Shown: positions 50,801-64,000 of the stretch, in pieces
How the letters are laid out: each line of letters starts with the position of its first letter
Position numbering within the stretch: position 1 is the first letter of the stretch
Source: Ruditapes philippinarum
Taxonomy: Eukaryota
Length of the DNA stretch: 64,000 nt
NCBI RefSeq assembly: GCF_026571515.1
Contig: NW_026867332.1
Coordinates: forward strand, 62,001 to 126,000
Reading direction: 5' to 3'
Made by a program: the position numbers and the translations under genes
Notes under the pieces: model-generated
Databases searched by the model: none
What the model saw: the letters and a program-made list of their open reading frames with translations, nothing else
What the model was told of the DNA's origin: nothing

Positions 50801-53800
50801 TAGATCGCTCACCTGACCCATCCAACTCATCCGAACAATTACCTAGACAAGCATTCTGACCAAGTTTCATAACAGGTGAGTCAAAGTTTTGACCACTAGG
50901 TTGAAAAACTAGGTCACCGGAGCTAAAAATAGAAAAACCTTGTTAACACTCTAGTGGCCACATTTTTGCCTCAATCATCATCAAACTTGGTCAGGATGCT
51001 TGTCTAGGTGATAGCTCGGATGAGTTCGAACATGGGTCATCTCGGATGAAAATCTAGGTCACAGGAGCTAAAAATAGAAAAACCATGTTAACACTCTAGC
51101 GGTCACATTTTTACCTTAATCATTTGAGATGAAACTTGGTCAGAATGCTTGTCTAGGTAATTATTCCGATGAGTTGGATGGGCCAGGTGAGCGATCTAGG
51201 GCCATCTTGGCCCTCTTGTTAAGTTTTTCTAGTGCTCAAGAATATTCTCATTTTTCCATTTTTAGCTCCAGTGACCTAGTTTTTCATCCTAGATGACCCA
51301 TGTTCGAACTCATCCGAGCTATCAACTAGATAAGCATCCTGACAAAGTTTGATGATGATTGAGGCAAAAATGTAACTGCTAGAGAGTTAACGAACAAGTC
51401 TGGACGGACGACTGAAACGATCCTAAAAGCTCACCCTGACCTAGCTCAGGTGAGCTAAAAAGGCTTACTTTAAAGGCAAATTATGCCTCAAAAATCAATT
51501 CTTTTTAATTCTTTAGAAATGTCAAACATGTGTTTAAAAATGGATTTAGAGCATGTTAGATGTTTAACAAATGCTGAACATGCAGTAATATATCATAAAG
51601 GTAGCAAGCAAAATGTAAACAAAGTAGTATTTTGACTCCCATACAAAATACTAATTCACTATAATCATATAGGTTGCTAACAGCTATAGTTGTGCAAAAG
51701 ATAGTCCATGTATAATAATAAGGAAAATGAGTATTACTGTAAAAACAAGAACAACTCAAGATATCAAAATTTATAAGTTTTTGAGAAATAAAATTGGTAT
51801 AATTTTTGAGGCATTATGGGCCTTGAAAAGTACATGCAGGGTGTCAGTATATCACACTTATTGAAAACTAACAAACATTTTATTTCTATCTTATGCTGTA
51901 TTTGAGAACTATGAAACTAGTTGAAATTCTGAATTTTTCACTGTTTCAATTGTTTATTAATAATTATGACACATATTTCACCATTATATCTCAATATTTC
52001 ATAAAAAACATTACTTGATGAATGACTATTTTCATTAATTTGACAACACAATTTATTTATTATTACATTTTGAGTTAAAAACATTGTACTACAATAACGT
52101 TATTGACCTGACCTGAAGCAATTTCTTGCAAATTAAAACTGGAGCAACATGGAAATCCTGACTTTAGTAAAATGTTATTATATCATTATTTTTTTTTTCA
52201 TGTATAACAATGCGAAATTTTGTACAAGAAAAATTTAATATCTTTGAATGTTTTCAGGAAAATGTTAATTTTCATGCTCTTTTTAAATTTAACATTTTTT
52301 ATGGATATTTATTGTTATTAGCAGCATTTTTGGAAAAATTAAATTGATATATTTTGAGTCTCAGGTTTGTTTACTTAAGCCAATGATGACCATCTAAAGA
52401 AGGAACAGAATCACTGTGTCATATATTTATATTTTGTGAATTTCTATTCACAATTATTTCTATAATTATAATGTTGGGTAGTCTACTCACCAACTTTAAC
52501 CTCATCTACATCAAAGTCATCAAGGTCAAAAAATTCATATAAATCAAATCTTCTACCAGTGGTATGTATAAAAGATGAACCACATTCTCTTCTGAAAAAA
52601 ACAAAAACAAAACATCAATGTGAACACATATCTGCAAAGCATGTAGAAGTCCCGCAAAAGGTTTGAAATTATTAGAATACATGTATAGGTAGAAAATTTC
52701 TGAACAAAAAAGCAGCATTGACAATTACAAAACAGTACAACAAGCAGCTAAAACTTTAATAATTCCAGTATTAAATGATGGTCCTATTTTTAAAGTTGCA
52801 CCCTTCCAGATGAGCCAAAATATTTCAAGAAAATCAAACTTGAGAAAAATATCATTACAATTTAAAACCAATAGTCTTCAAAAATGTAAGTCACCAAATT
52901 TTTTCAAAATTTGTTATATACAGGCAATATTTCCTTTGGCTGAACCGAGGCAAACTGACACCTGTTATTATAAAATGCGATAAAAGTAACCTGGCAAACT
53001 ACAGCCCATTTCTTTGAGATATGTTCTTTGTAAGTTATTGAATACATGTACATTGTCTCTTTAAACGTTACACAGCACTTTCAGGTCAACAATATTTCAT
53101 TTAACATGGATTCAGGTCAAAAAGGTCTTGTGAAAACTGTTTTTTCCCGATACAATTTGCGATATATATGACATCTGTCCCGTATGACATGGAATGGTGC
53201 AGCATTTTCCCTAACCCATTTTCAACGGCAGTATTTCTTTTTGTCAAAATGGCAGATGTTAAATTGAAATCAGCTCCATCAGAATTAAAAATATGGGAGC
53301 ATTCTGGCTTTAGAGAAGAAAAGGACAGTGAAAAAACTTCTTATACAACATGCTGACACAGCTATGTTGAGGTTTCTGATAAAGCAGGCAATACATCTAA
53401 TAATGCTGACATATTAAATTGCTCAAAATTTCAACACCAAAGAAACTTATGGGTGGGGGGAAGGGGCTGAACATTTCGCTTCCCCTGCAACCCAAGTTTG
53501 TCAATTATGCCTCGAAGATGTTTTTCATAAGAAATTAGCAGCCACATGCTACATCTATAACAACAACCATTGGAAAGTTTATTGCACATGACATGCTGAC
53601 AGTCATATATGCAAGAAGTCGAGATGGTACAGCACAGAGCTGCTCAATTGGTCATCAGTGACTACTCCCCTTACAGTCACATGTATGTATAATGTAGTAT
53701 CGTCCGTCACAGTGTTGTTTTCTTTCAAACAGGATTGATGCCAGGCTACTGATGTGCTACAAGATTGTTTATGGACTGGTTACAGTACCAATGTCTACTT

Positions 53801-53988
53801 ACATTATACCTCCTATCTGACTAACTTGACACATACAAACAAATAAATTCGGATACTCTTTGTCCGAACACTATTAAACTATACCTGTGGAAATTTGTTG
53901 ATGCTATTGAAGTTGAAGAAATACAAAGTTGCCTTAAACTCTTCGTAACAGGCAATGTTTTAGTAAAAACAAATCGTAGCATATCCAT
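47857..53988 (-). CDS. MRPL47: Mitochondrial ribosomal protein L47 (uL29m), 5 exons, ~261 aa
   Basis: Exons 53988-53885 (basic, hydroxyl-rich presequence-like; least certain), 52591-52491, 50172-50112, 48928-48832, 48279-47857 (786 nt). Motifs [72 protein letters not shown]. Confidence 0.93.
48436..48625. mobile_element. Short TTAAAG...CTTTAA-bounded non-autonomous element (Kolobok/Crypton-like); related fragment at ~52790-52910
   Basis: Palindromic ends; the core cagatgagccaaaat..aagaaaatcaaact occurs at both sites. Confidence 0.5.
50779..51461 (+). mobile_element. HINE-like element rearranged by an internal inversion/inverted duplication
   Basis: Start AACAAGAGGGCCAAGATGGCCCT; subterminal GCTCACCTGA / TCAGGTGAGC; end AAAAA. 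50749-50870 reappears inverted at 51129-51248. Confidence 0.8.
51469..51827. mobile_element. MITE with imperfect TIRs
   Basis: ttaaaggcaaattatgcctcaaaaat versus atttttgaggcattatgggccttgaa. Confidence 0.5.
52880..53140 (+). mobile_element. Decayed CR1-like LINE reverse-transcriptase fragment
   Basis: Frame-broken remnants of TPV..KCDKSNLANYxPISL..LCKLL and HGFRSKRSCE. Confidence 0.6.
53248..53600 (+). mobile_element. Decayed hAT (ZBED-like) transposase N-terminus
   Basis: KIWEHSGF..YTTC*HSYVEV..KAGNTSN resembles a broken BED finger, followed by ITTTIGKFIAHDML. Confidence 0.5.
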
Positions 53989-56583
53989 GATCGATCTCTG
54001 TCTTAAATTTTTATAATTTTCTCATTTTGCAAACGAAGGTCATCATCTGAGTGAAAAAAGGCTTGAAATTATTTTCGCGAAATGAAAAAAAAAAAAAAAG
54101 AAATTAAATCTTTATCCGAAGACTGGCGGAAAGGGCCGAAAAGTTGCGATTGTCGAATATGTATATCGACACACATGTAAAATAAAACGGCATATCATTT
54201 ACTTAAAAAAAAAATAAAACTCTCATATTCTCGCATAGCACTACTTATATAGTCAGCCCCTATTCTGAAGTTATCTCAATGTATATATGTTGTACTTTGA
54301 TAAAGTTTATAACAGAAATACCTGAAACATGCTTCACACCAGATACCGTACCTCATTTTATCATCATATATGCAGAATTTTTACTCCCACTTATTTTATT
54401 TGATATGTTTAGTGGAAAAAAACAACAAATACAATTATTTCATTTGTTAATTTGTTTATCTGGATTAACAAAAACTCTAAGTGTGCTTATATATACTACG
54501 AGCAGTGCCTACTGTATGTACTGTTGTTATATGAATTTTAAAGCAAAATTTAACTTTTTGCTCTGGTTGGATCTCCATTTATCCAGATTTTTTTACTGTA
54601 TAACGTTGTGTGTTGTGTTGCAGCTGTAAAAAAATTGCCCTGTACTTCTTTGGCTACATTTCGGACATATATTGAATGACAACATTGACAGATGTGGTTT
54701 TTAAAAAAAATGATAACATTCCCTAGATGAAGTTCACTTGCAGAATAATTTGAGAATATTGACGTGTATTTTAATTCATTTACTGTAATAACACTAGTTA
54801 AGAAAGAAAGTTCACCATTATGATATATATATGTATCATATATATCTTATTTAACTCCCCTTTGTAATTTCTGACACTGATGCATTTCAAAAGCATCGGA
54901 TTTGGATAGATCACACGATTAAACGCGAATGATGTCTATTTTAATAGATAATGTATGACGATTTGATATACATATATCAATTAATTAAGTGTTAATTATT
55001 ATAAATTATTATGAATTGCTCAAAATGTTCTCGAGCTTAGGTCTGGTATTACTACTTAGTACCTATTAAGAACTTCAATTATTAATTACTGATCTTACTA
55101 CACGAACTATTCACAAGTAATCGTACGGTTGCATCATGTGTTACGAAGTTACATAAAAAGGAACTGGCGCCCTTAAAACAAATGAAATAAAATACATGTA
55201 TTATGAACAGTTTTATCAAACAAACTTAGAGTTTCATCAAACCCCACCCTTTGATAATTCTGTTCACATTAAATTCGTAAATGTTATATTGTTTTGAAAA
55301 ATAGCGTTTATCAAATATTGAGTTAATTAAAATTCTAAGACTGTGTCATGTAAATAAAAAAAGACAACTGGACTACATGGAGGTGAATAAAATGTTTTGT
55401 TACTATAAGGAGCATATGGCATATTTGGAAACAATCGTAACAACCAATCTTGATTTCTACATGCTACATGTCAATTATATGTATGCATCTGTCATAGTTC
55501 CATCCAAGAAGAGTACACTTACTAGCCAAATAACTGTAAACACTAAGCAAGTTAACATTAATTAGTCAAACTTCAACTAGAAACCTTCAAGATAGTTGCT
55601 ACCGCTTCGCATTCCACCATGTTTCTTAATTATAAACATATTGAAACGGTAATCATTATATGGTTTTCTTACTCGATCTGCAGTGTACTTTACTTTTGTT
55701 ATGCATATTACCTTTTTTGTGTTATTGTCCATAAATGATTAAATGTGCTATTTAAGTATATTATAACATGTGGTAATGTGTTTTCTTCATCTTAGTAATT
55801 ATTTTATTGTAACAAAGCTGGCGGTTCAGCAGTTTTTGACATGTAAACGACAGTCATACATATGGAATTTGAATGATAAACTTATCAAACTTAATTACTT
55901 ATCACACCGTTTTGTTAAATCTTCATTAGCGGCCAGAACTCCACTTTTCTTGCTAAAGTAAAAACACGCCAGCAAAGTAATATTTGCTATTCTTATTATT
56001 TGGTAAAAGCAACTTACAATTCAACAAGGATTATTGGTAGATCTACAGACGGTTAGCTCATTAATTTTAATCTAAAGCATTCGTGAACCCTGGGTAAACA
56101 TCCGAAAATCATTATGGTGCGGGGCAAACAAAATAAATGCAACTCGGTAATGAATGAACATTTTTATATTAAATCATAAAATAATAAAAGCACGCGTGTA
56201 GTATCATGTCATACCATTATTTCAAAATGTATATATAGTTTTGTAAAGACATTTTATGTTACTATTTAAAGGAATTATATTAAATAAGGACCTTTACTTG
56301 AAACATGTAACAGTCATGATTACACATAAGCATATGCATTTTGAAATTTAATTCCGTTGATGATTAGAAAAGTCAGAGTTCAAATAACGTATCACCTCAC
56401 TTGTTTTGGTAAAAAGATAAATTGTACATCAATGGAACAGTTTAATACTTTTAAAATCATATTAAACAAAAACTCCAAAAAAAAAGTTTCAATCTATAGT
56501 TATTCATTTGTATCGATGATGTAAGTTTAGTTTTTAATCAACAATCAGTTATTGATAGTTTCAGTACATGTACATCAAACAAT

Positions 56584-57741
56584 TCAGCTGGATTCTGTTG
56601 TAACTGTAGTTTGGAAGTAAACGGGACCCAATGTTCGCATTGTCATGCTTAATGTATCCTGTTTGGGTCTTGCTAAACGTTTTTCTAGTACCATTGATTT
56701 TTCTTTTGGCTTGTCGGAATCTTCACCAGTTTCTGTAGCAACGGTCACGTGTTTGCTATCTTGAATAACTCCTTCAGTATTCTTTTCTATGGCATTTAAT
56801 CCCTCTCGTTGCTTTTCTTCTTCTGGAACCTTCGATTGTGAAAGATCAGTTTGTTTACTGTGCTTAGTCGTGGTATGATTATAATCTCGCCAGTGCTCAT
56901 GGTCGTGAAGCATCCTGTAAAATGTTGTAGTGGACATTTCTCTATCAATTTCAATGTTTTTTCTTTTAACATCTGCTAACAGTCTTTTCTTAAAAGTTTT
57001 GTATTTGTGATTAGGATTCAACATGCGGATTCTTCGGTGCACTTCTGGCTTCATAGACTTCACGTTAAATCCGGAATTGAACACACGCGACTCAATTACG
57101 TAATGTCTTGCTGTTTCTATATCTTCTATCTGATTTGCATTGAATCCTTGTTTCATTGTGACAAAGTTGTCAAACCGATACTCCTTTTCTAACAGTTGAA
57201 GCAGTGCTCTTTTTTCTGTTAACGTCTTTGAAGTTCTTTCAATGACTCTGTTTTGCAGATTGTTGACAAAGCGCTGTTCTTTGTCGATTAATCTGTGCAT
57301 TCTTGCCAAACGTGCATTTTCTGTTTTGTTTGCGAGAAGAGCCCTGATAAATTATAATAAAAATGTATGTATTTACTATGTCAAAATAAATTTATCAAAT
57401 AAATTATCGACTATATTTCCTTTTCTAAAACGATTATGTGACTGTACCTATGTTTAAAACTGACAGTCCTTTTTTAAAAACGAAGTGAATATTAATACAT
57501 GCATTAAAGTTTTATTGTAATAATTTGGAGTTGAATTATTGTAATAGTATTTTCACTATTCCTCAATAAATTTCATCTTATCGTACAGTTCAGAGTTAAG
57601 AGATGCAAATTTGTAGATATATTTTACCTACCTTTCTCTTGTTGCAGCGCTGATTTCAGTTACTCGGTTGAATACTGTCCCGGGACCTACTGGCGACAGT
57701 TCCTTTTCCCTCCATACCTTCATGTTTGTTGCTTGCGGCAT
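56584..57741 (-). CDS. Uncharacterised protein, 2 coding exons, ~289 aa, basic and helical
   Basis: Exons 57741-57632 (MPQATNMKVWREKELSPVGPGTVFNRV..) and 57343-56584, joined by a phase-2 GT-AG intron. An acceptor at 57756 implies an upstream exon (candidate donor at 61289). No recognised domain. Confidence 0.7.
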
Positions 57742-60700
57742 CCCAAAGTTTGTCACTAGAAACAAAAGACATCTATTATATATCTTTCTTTTAACTATAG
57801 TCTCAACTATGGTTTATATCGATTAGGAAAGTCTGCAGTCAATGATTGTGTGGAAGTTTTGAAAGTGTTAATTATTTTCCTAGAACATGTGATTCTGTCA
57901 TTAGTACATATCTTAACAAACATAAAGTGACATTATGCCCATCTTTGTGTAAATAGTGAGTCCACAGGTAAAAGTGAAAATAACTTAACATTTAACCAAA
58001 GTTGTGTTCGTTTTCATAATTTACTATGCAAAAGTAATCAATAATCCATGTGACCCACGAACAATGCCTATTAGGTATCGACAGCGTTCAATTTTTAAAA
58101 AGAGTGGGGCAGTCTTTTTTTTATAATTTATATTATTTCATGTTTCATCCTTAACATTTTTCTTTATTAATTGTTGATCAGTCACGATGATAATAGTCAA
58201 TCTCTTGAAATTTGTTATAAATTCATCTCAACTTGACAATAAAGAATGAGTATAATGTCACTTTAACTAGATAAACTAGATAAAAAATAATACATGTACT
58301 ACACTATATCCAACTCATTTCAGAGAAGCATTGTTTTTCCAACAAAGACTTAAAGCAAATACACATTCAGCAAATGTCTGTGCGCGTGTGTCGTCAGTAT
58401 AAACGTTTTCTCATTTATTTACATGAATAACTAATAGCAATTTTACATCATTTGATATAAAATCCAATTCTTTAAACTTAGCAATTTGTTTTCAATCTTT
58501 CAAAATTTGCTTAGAAAAAAACATCTTTGTGAAAATACTTGAACGAATTAAATCTCAATAATTCACTTTTTAAAGATTCAACACGGATCATTAACGTCGA
58601 AAAAAACATCATGGCAAGCTGCTAAAATAAAAGATAACTTTACCATACCAGCTACACTTCCCAAATTAAAATAATAATATATATAGTACCATACAAGAAA
58701 TTTACAGATAAATGTATTGTGTAATATGTATGTAACTAGTATGCGAGAGAAAAAAATGAAAAAAAAAATAAAACAGCGTGGCCAAAATGTGTTGCCTTTT
58801 CATAAAATAGATTTGAATTATACATAAGATTAACACTGTAACCACAAACACGATATGTTAAGATCATTTAAGTGTAGTCATATATATTAGAGAAGGATTC
58901 CCATACCAATCTTTGGTCTTCCAGGTCCAAATTTTAAAACACTCATCCTTGTGATTAAAGAAATCTAATTTATCAACTTTATCAAACACACTTGATATAC
59001 AATGTACAAATCCTGCTGTTAGAGTAACTTTTGAGCACTGCATTACAGATCTAACCAAATATGTTTTAATCAAACACTTGTTTTAAAGAGATAAAGAAGA
59101 TTTTAAGGGTTAAATAAAATCTAAAAAGTCAATTAATGAAACAAGTATCTGTTCCAATCCAGTTAAAATATGGGTTTCGCTTTTAACGTGTCAGTAAATT
59201 CATTTAAATTTTATGACTTCTCGACTACCTGACGAATTTTTATCATATTCAATTACATTCTTTAGACGGTATATCGTCACCTGCTTTTAAATGGATTATT
59301 ATAGTTAAGGGAAAGTTAAAAATCGCTTTTAGCAAAATGCAACAAAAGTAGGCAATTGGTTCAAAGTGATTAGCTCTTGCCCTTATATCAAATTATGTAA
59401 TATTTAATGCGTTTCAATGATCATATCGTTTTATATCTTATAATTTTTATATTTTGATATCCTTTATCGCTTTTCAGCATTTAATAAATTATCAACATTA
59501 ATAAGCACTTTGCTGTATTTTCAATATTTCATTTTTGTGTTTATTTTTAAGTATTTGCATTTATTTTCAGAACATGACACTTAAAGAGGGGGCAATAAAA
59601 GACTGTATCAACAGAATCATTAACTATAATCTGCTGCTAGTGATACTATATTTTTATACATTGGTAAACATTAAATTCTGAAATGAAAAGTAAAATTAAC
59701 AGATTAAACTTGTAATAACTTTTAATTATCATATTATTTTCTGTTTAACTATTTTAGTATTTTCACATTATACAGAAAAAAGGACAAAAAACTACAAAAA
59801 ACTTCTTTGTACAGGTATTTTTATACTTATGGTTTTGAAATAATTTCAACAATTTTATATAGAAGTTGTGATCAGAAGCTTATGATTTAAATTTTCAGTG
59901 GAAACACTACTATAAGCAACAAATACGTTCACTATGACACAATTTTGTATAATAAAAAAACATTTATCAACACTGCATATCGTTTATTATTTCTCGTTTT
60001 ATGTGGGAGAAAACAGAAAAAGAATATTTCCCCCAAATTCATATAATAGTATGTCAACGTTAATGTTGATTTTAGTCAATGATAAGCAATTAAATTTAAC
60101 CGCAAAAATTGTTCAAGGAAAAAGCAATGTTAAAAGTCTAATATCTATGACACAATGAAAGCAATCAATTAGAAGATATGTTTCCAAACATTAAAGGTGT
60201 CTAATGAAAACATGGTTTACAGTAATACAAAGGTAAGACTGGTATGGTAAATTTATTCACACATCTATTAATTTCATTTGGTTAGGTATTTTAGATCATA
60301 TAATATTACAAAATGTACTTGAAAAGTCGAAAAAATCAAGGGAAACAAATCACATTGCACATGATCTCATACAACCGTTATTTTAAGGGTTAAGTAGATT
60401 TTCTTCATTTAAAATTTCAAGATATGTTAAATCAAAAGCTACTTCTCAATAAAGACAATATCTAATTTTATTAAGTAATGTGTCAATAAAAGTTACCGGT
60501 ATAAAACAATAAAAAAGGTCTATAAATATTGAAATGTGCTTCAAATGTAATGCATTTATTAATTAAGTTATTTTATTTATGTCTAATTCATGTTCACAAA
60601 TAAAGTTTAAATGTTTATAACCGTACATTATATTAATAATAGTAAATAACCGTTCAAACATTAAATAATGAGACACTAGTTATACGTATCAATACAAAGT

Positions 60701-62764
60701 CAATACTAACATTACACTCACTTTTAAATTACAGTTATCTATATGGTAAGAACACGGCAACTAAATGGTAGTTTTCATTAAAAAAAATATAGCTATTTAT
60801 ATGGTGAAAGACAAGTTTCTAGCAAAAAGGGTTTAAGACAAAAATAGTAAAGATGAAAAAACTTTATCGGCAGTTGAAAAAAGCTGAAATTCATTTTTAG
60901 AAAAAATATCATTCGCTAAGTCGAAGCAATTCATTTTAAATACTTAAAAATGTTTCTTTTAGTCATCAATATTTTTTCAATTGATACACATTACAATATA
61001 TATTTTGTATATTTTACATGTCTCAAAAGAGAAATAAAACTGCATCACTCGATTATGTGAATAGCACCACTACGTTGTGTTTGCATTTATATGCTAACAA
61101 GCTTCCTAAATGTTTAACATCCAGTTATTTCAAACCATTAACATAATATGTTCTTTATAATACAAATCACATGTGCATTTTTTTTCTTTTAAGTTTCCCA
61201 GTGCACTATTAAATTAATTAAATTGTTATAAAAATAAAATATATACATTTTAAACACCCCAAATAATGTAAGTATTAAAAAAGTATTACCTGTAGAATCC
61301 CGTATCCAAAATCTCTAAGCAGTCGACTACCAATGTTGAAGAATGTTGGCGAGGGTGATAAATCAGCCCTAAACTACGTAATCTTTATTGAATTCAATCA
61401 CTTGTGATATTTAAATATTTACAATGTTTGATACTATTGTATCCAATTTTGATTAACATGCATGCAGGAATCAGAGATTAAAATAACCACCTCACATTTC
61501 TCGATTTATATATGGGATAGATTCAATCGAGAGAGAAATTACTCTCTATTTTATGCATTAGATCGAAATGTCACATTTCGTTATATATTTTTTAACAGTA
61601 AAAAATGTTATTTAGGCAAATAAAATGTTTTAAGATTGATTAATCACAGTGGTTAAGTAATGAGGAGATATATGTACGTTAAATATATCTTCTTTTTTTG
61701 CTTTGGAATAAGCTGAAGGCTGATCAAAACAGTTTGATTGTTGTTAATTTATTCCCCTATCAAATGAAGTATCATTATCACGATATTAGTATAAACTCTG
61801 ACCCAAAACTCTTCATTGAAACCTGGAATCACTGGCAAACATTCGATAGAATCTAATAAATTTTCTTATTAACGTATAAATCAATACACTTTTTAAAGTT
61901 TAAAATCCAAACAAATTTACACAATGTGTTTTCACTACAGCATTAGAAGCTTTGTAAATTAAAAAAAAAATCAAAATGTTAATTGATATGGCGCCGGTCT
62001 CTTCCGGAAAATATTGATCTTGATCAGAAAATATCCATACGTATGTTTCTGACGTGTGACAATGTGGCAAAGAAATTAATAATAAGTCTGTCAGATGTGC
62101 TTATAACATAACTTGACAGAAATGTTGTACAAGATCAGAACCCCAGGGATGTTTCTTTTGAAATGAATATTACCAGGCTCTCGGTGTGTATTTGAGTGAC
62201 ACATAAAGTATGTAACAATTATCATATTATTGTTTAACAATTGCATGATGCAGCATTTACCTAATGCCTTAGTTGATATGCAAGAGATGATTAAGCAATT
62301 GATGCAATAAATAATGCAGATGCTTTGCTATCGTTATTGTAAGAAATGTTTTCAGCTCGAGCAAGAATGAAAACAGTTCTCGACTGTTTTATAGTCGGTC
62401 GATTCATTTGGCCACCTTCCAAACTTTCCATTTCATTGGTACAAGGTCTCTCAAATAGAAGTAATGTGTCAGACCCCAGTTGGCACAACCATGCACTACA
62501 AAGAACACAATAAATCAACAAAGGTGATGCTAGCCAAATTCAAGAAAACATAAAGAAAAAAACAACAACAAAAAAATCAAATCAACAACAACAACAACAG
62601 ACAAAACAAAAATAGCAACAAAAAACCCAAATAACAAACAAACAGGAATATAAAAAATAATAAACTAATGCGTGGTTAAATGCCTAAACAAACTTTTTAA
62701 ACCCGATTTTAATACATTTTTCATCATATTTCGGTAATCGATCTGCATAACCGCATTTTCTGGA

Positions 62765-62970
62765 TAACTAACAAGTAATTCCCTACCAATTTCTCCGCAA
62801 GTAACCGTCTCTCATCCAGAATAATTTCTGAATCAGCATCGAGAGACAAATGTCCATTAGACCACATGTCCGAGATCAATAGTCACTTATAAATTACGAC
62901 ACACCCGAGAATCGAACAAGCCACCGCTCGATTACCCATCCGTTGTTCTCCCTGTTGAACTAAGTGGATA
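62765..62970 (-). mobile_element. Degenerate tRNA-derived SINE
   Basis: Reverse B box (gagaatcgaac), reverse A-box-like ttgaactaagtgg, and a SINE-like body. Confidence 0.5.
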
Positions 62971-64000
62971 GACATAAATAATCGATTTAGTGCTGGATAT
63001 CAGGTATTAGACTGCATGTTTCTTACATAAAGTTACCATATTCAAAATATGTTAGAATGATAAGCTCAATAGGTAGGCGCGTTGGATAGTTTGCATTTCA
63101 AATCAAAATATATTCCTATAGGCATGACATAGATATGACTTTCTTTACAAAACACATGTACATGATTGTAATTAAGTTAAATTACTGATGCATAGATACA
63201 TATATGCCATATGTTTACAATAATTTAAGAAAGAACAAAAAATGTTTAGTTAGATGAAAGGATTTCAACAGTGTAATACTCATTAAAAAATAAGTACTAC
63301 ATGTATATTTATTAATATTAATTATATTGATACGCTCTCAATAAAAACTTATACAAGATGAGTACTAGTGTTATTTTAGGCAATACTTTTTTATCTTATT
63401 GGTTACCTGTGTCTTTCAACTACAAAGTAACAATATCTAAAATATATATTAATTATTATTATAAATTATTATGACAGTTATTGTTGACCTTTATATGCCA
63501 ATACATGGATATCTTGACTTTTTTTCTGTTGCCTGTAATAAGTAAATACCAGCAGAACGCATTCTAGTTATATATACATATGATTTGAAGACGGTATGTA
63601 GCCTTTATTTAGATAAAACAGATGTGGAATTCAGAGCTGGATATGTGTTGTTATAGTCTATGCTACTATATGTAGTTGAAATATTTAATAAAGCCAAGTT
63701 GAGGTGTTCGGTTATAGTTTCATTGGTCATATAGGCGAACCATCTGGAAATGTTCCAGATAGGGAACACAAATATGATACATGTACTTACGAGCTTATGC
63801 ATTTCGGGAATATATCGCATCACTTGTGTACCTCCCTGTTCAAATACCACTTTATGTCTGATTCGTGATATTTTTTACCGGAATTATACAAATCTGGTCA
63901 ATGAATACATGTTTACGCTTACGATAAAAATCGATGTATTCCGGGACAAAGTTTGCTTACATTTAATACACTATCTGTGTGCTCTCTCCAATCGTAACAT

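Noticed and set aside
58000-64000. Short ORFs and frequent TACATGTA palindromes
   Set aside because: No coding motifs or consistent exon chain were found. TACATGTA occurs throughout the window as background.

Overview
AT-rich eukaryotic genomic DNA with spliceosomal introns. The repeat families and gene content point to a bivalve mollusc (inference). Genes were rebuilt by hand from GT-AG splice sites, and most exons are missing from the ORF track. In order: (1) SSR3/TRAP-gamma on the - strand, 5 exons, 185 aa. (2) Head-to-head with it, across a 443-bp spacer holding an ISRE-type motif and a perfect kB site, a 9-exon gene of ~995 aa with four RIG-I/MDA5-type CARDs (a duplicated 2CARD module), a coiled coil, a Ser-rich linker and a TRIM/NHL-like beta-propeller, but no helicase. 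(3) Two tandem perforin-2/MPEG1 paralogs, 767 and 714 aa. (4) Between them, a decayed Polinton/Maverick (adintovirus-like) block: a ZnF/vOTU N-terminal fragment of pPolB, plus a tandemly duplicated ~3.4-kb module encoding a chromodomain integrase and a packaging ATPase whose Walker A motif is split by a 143-nt intron. (5) MRPL47 on the - strand, 5 exons. (6) An uncharacterised ~289-aa gene on the - strand. Introns and spacers contain MULE-like, foldback, Helentron/HINE-like, SINE, LINE and hAT remnants. The best candidates for something new are the helicase-less 4xCARD-propeller gene in an immune cluster and the spliced, possibly TIR-bounded integrase+ATPase module. No database searches were run; family calls rest on recognised motifs.
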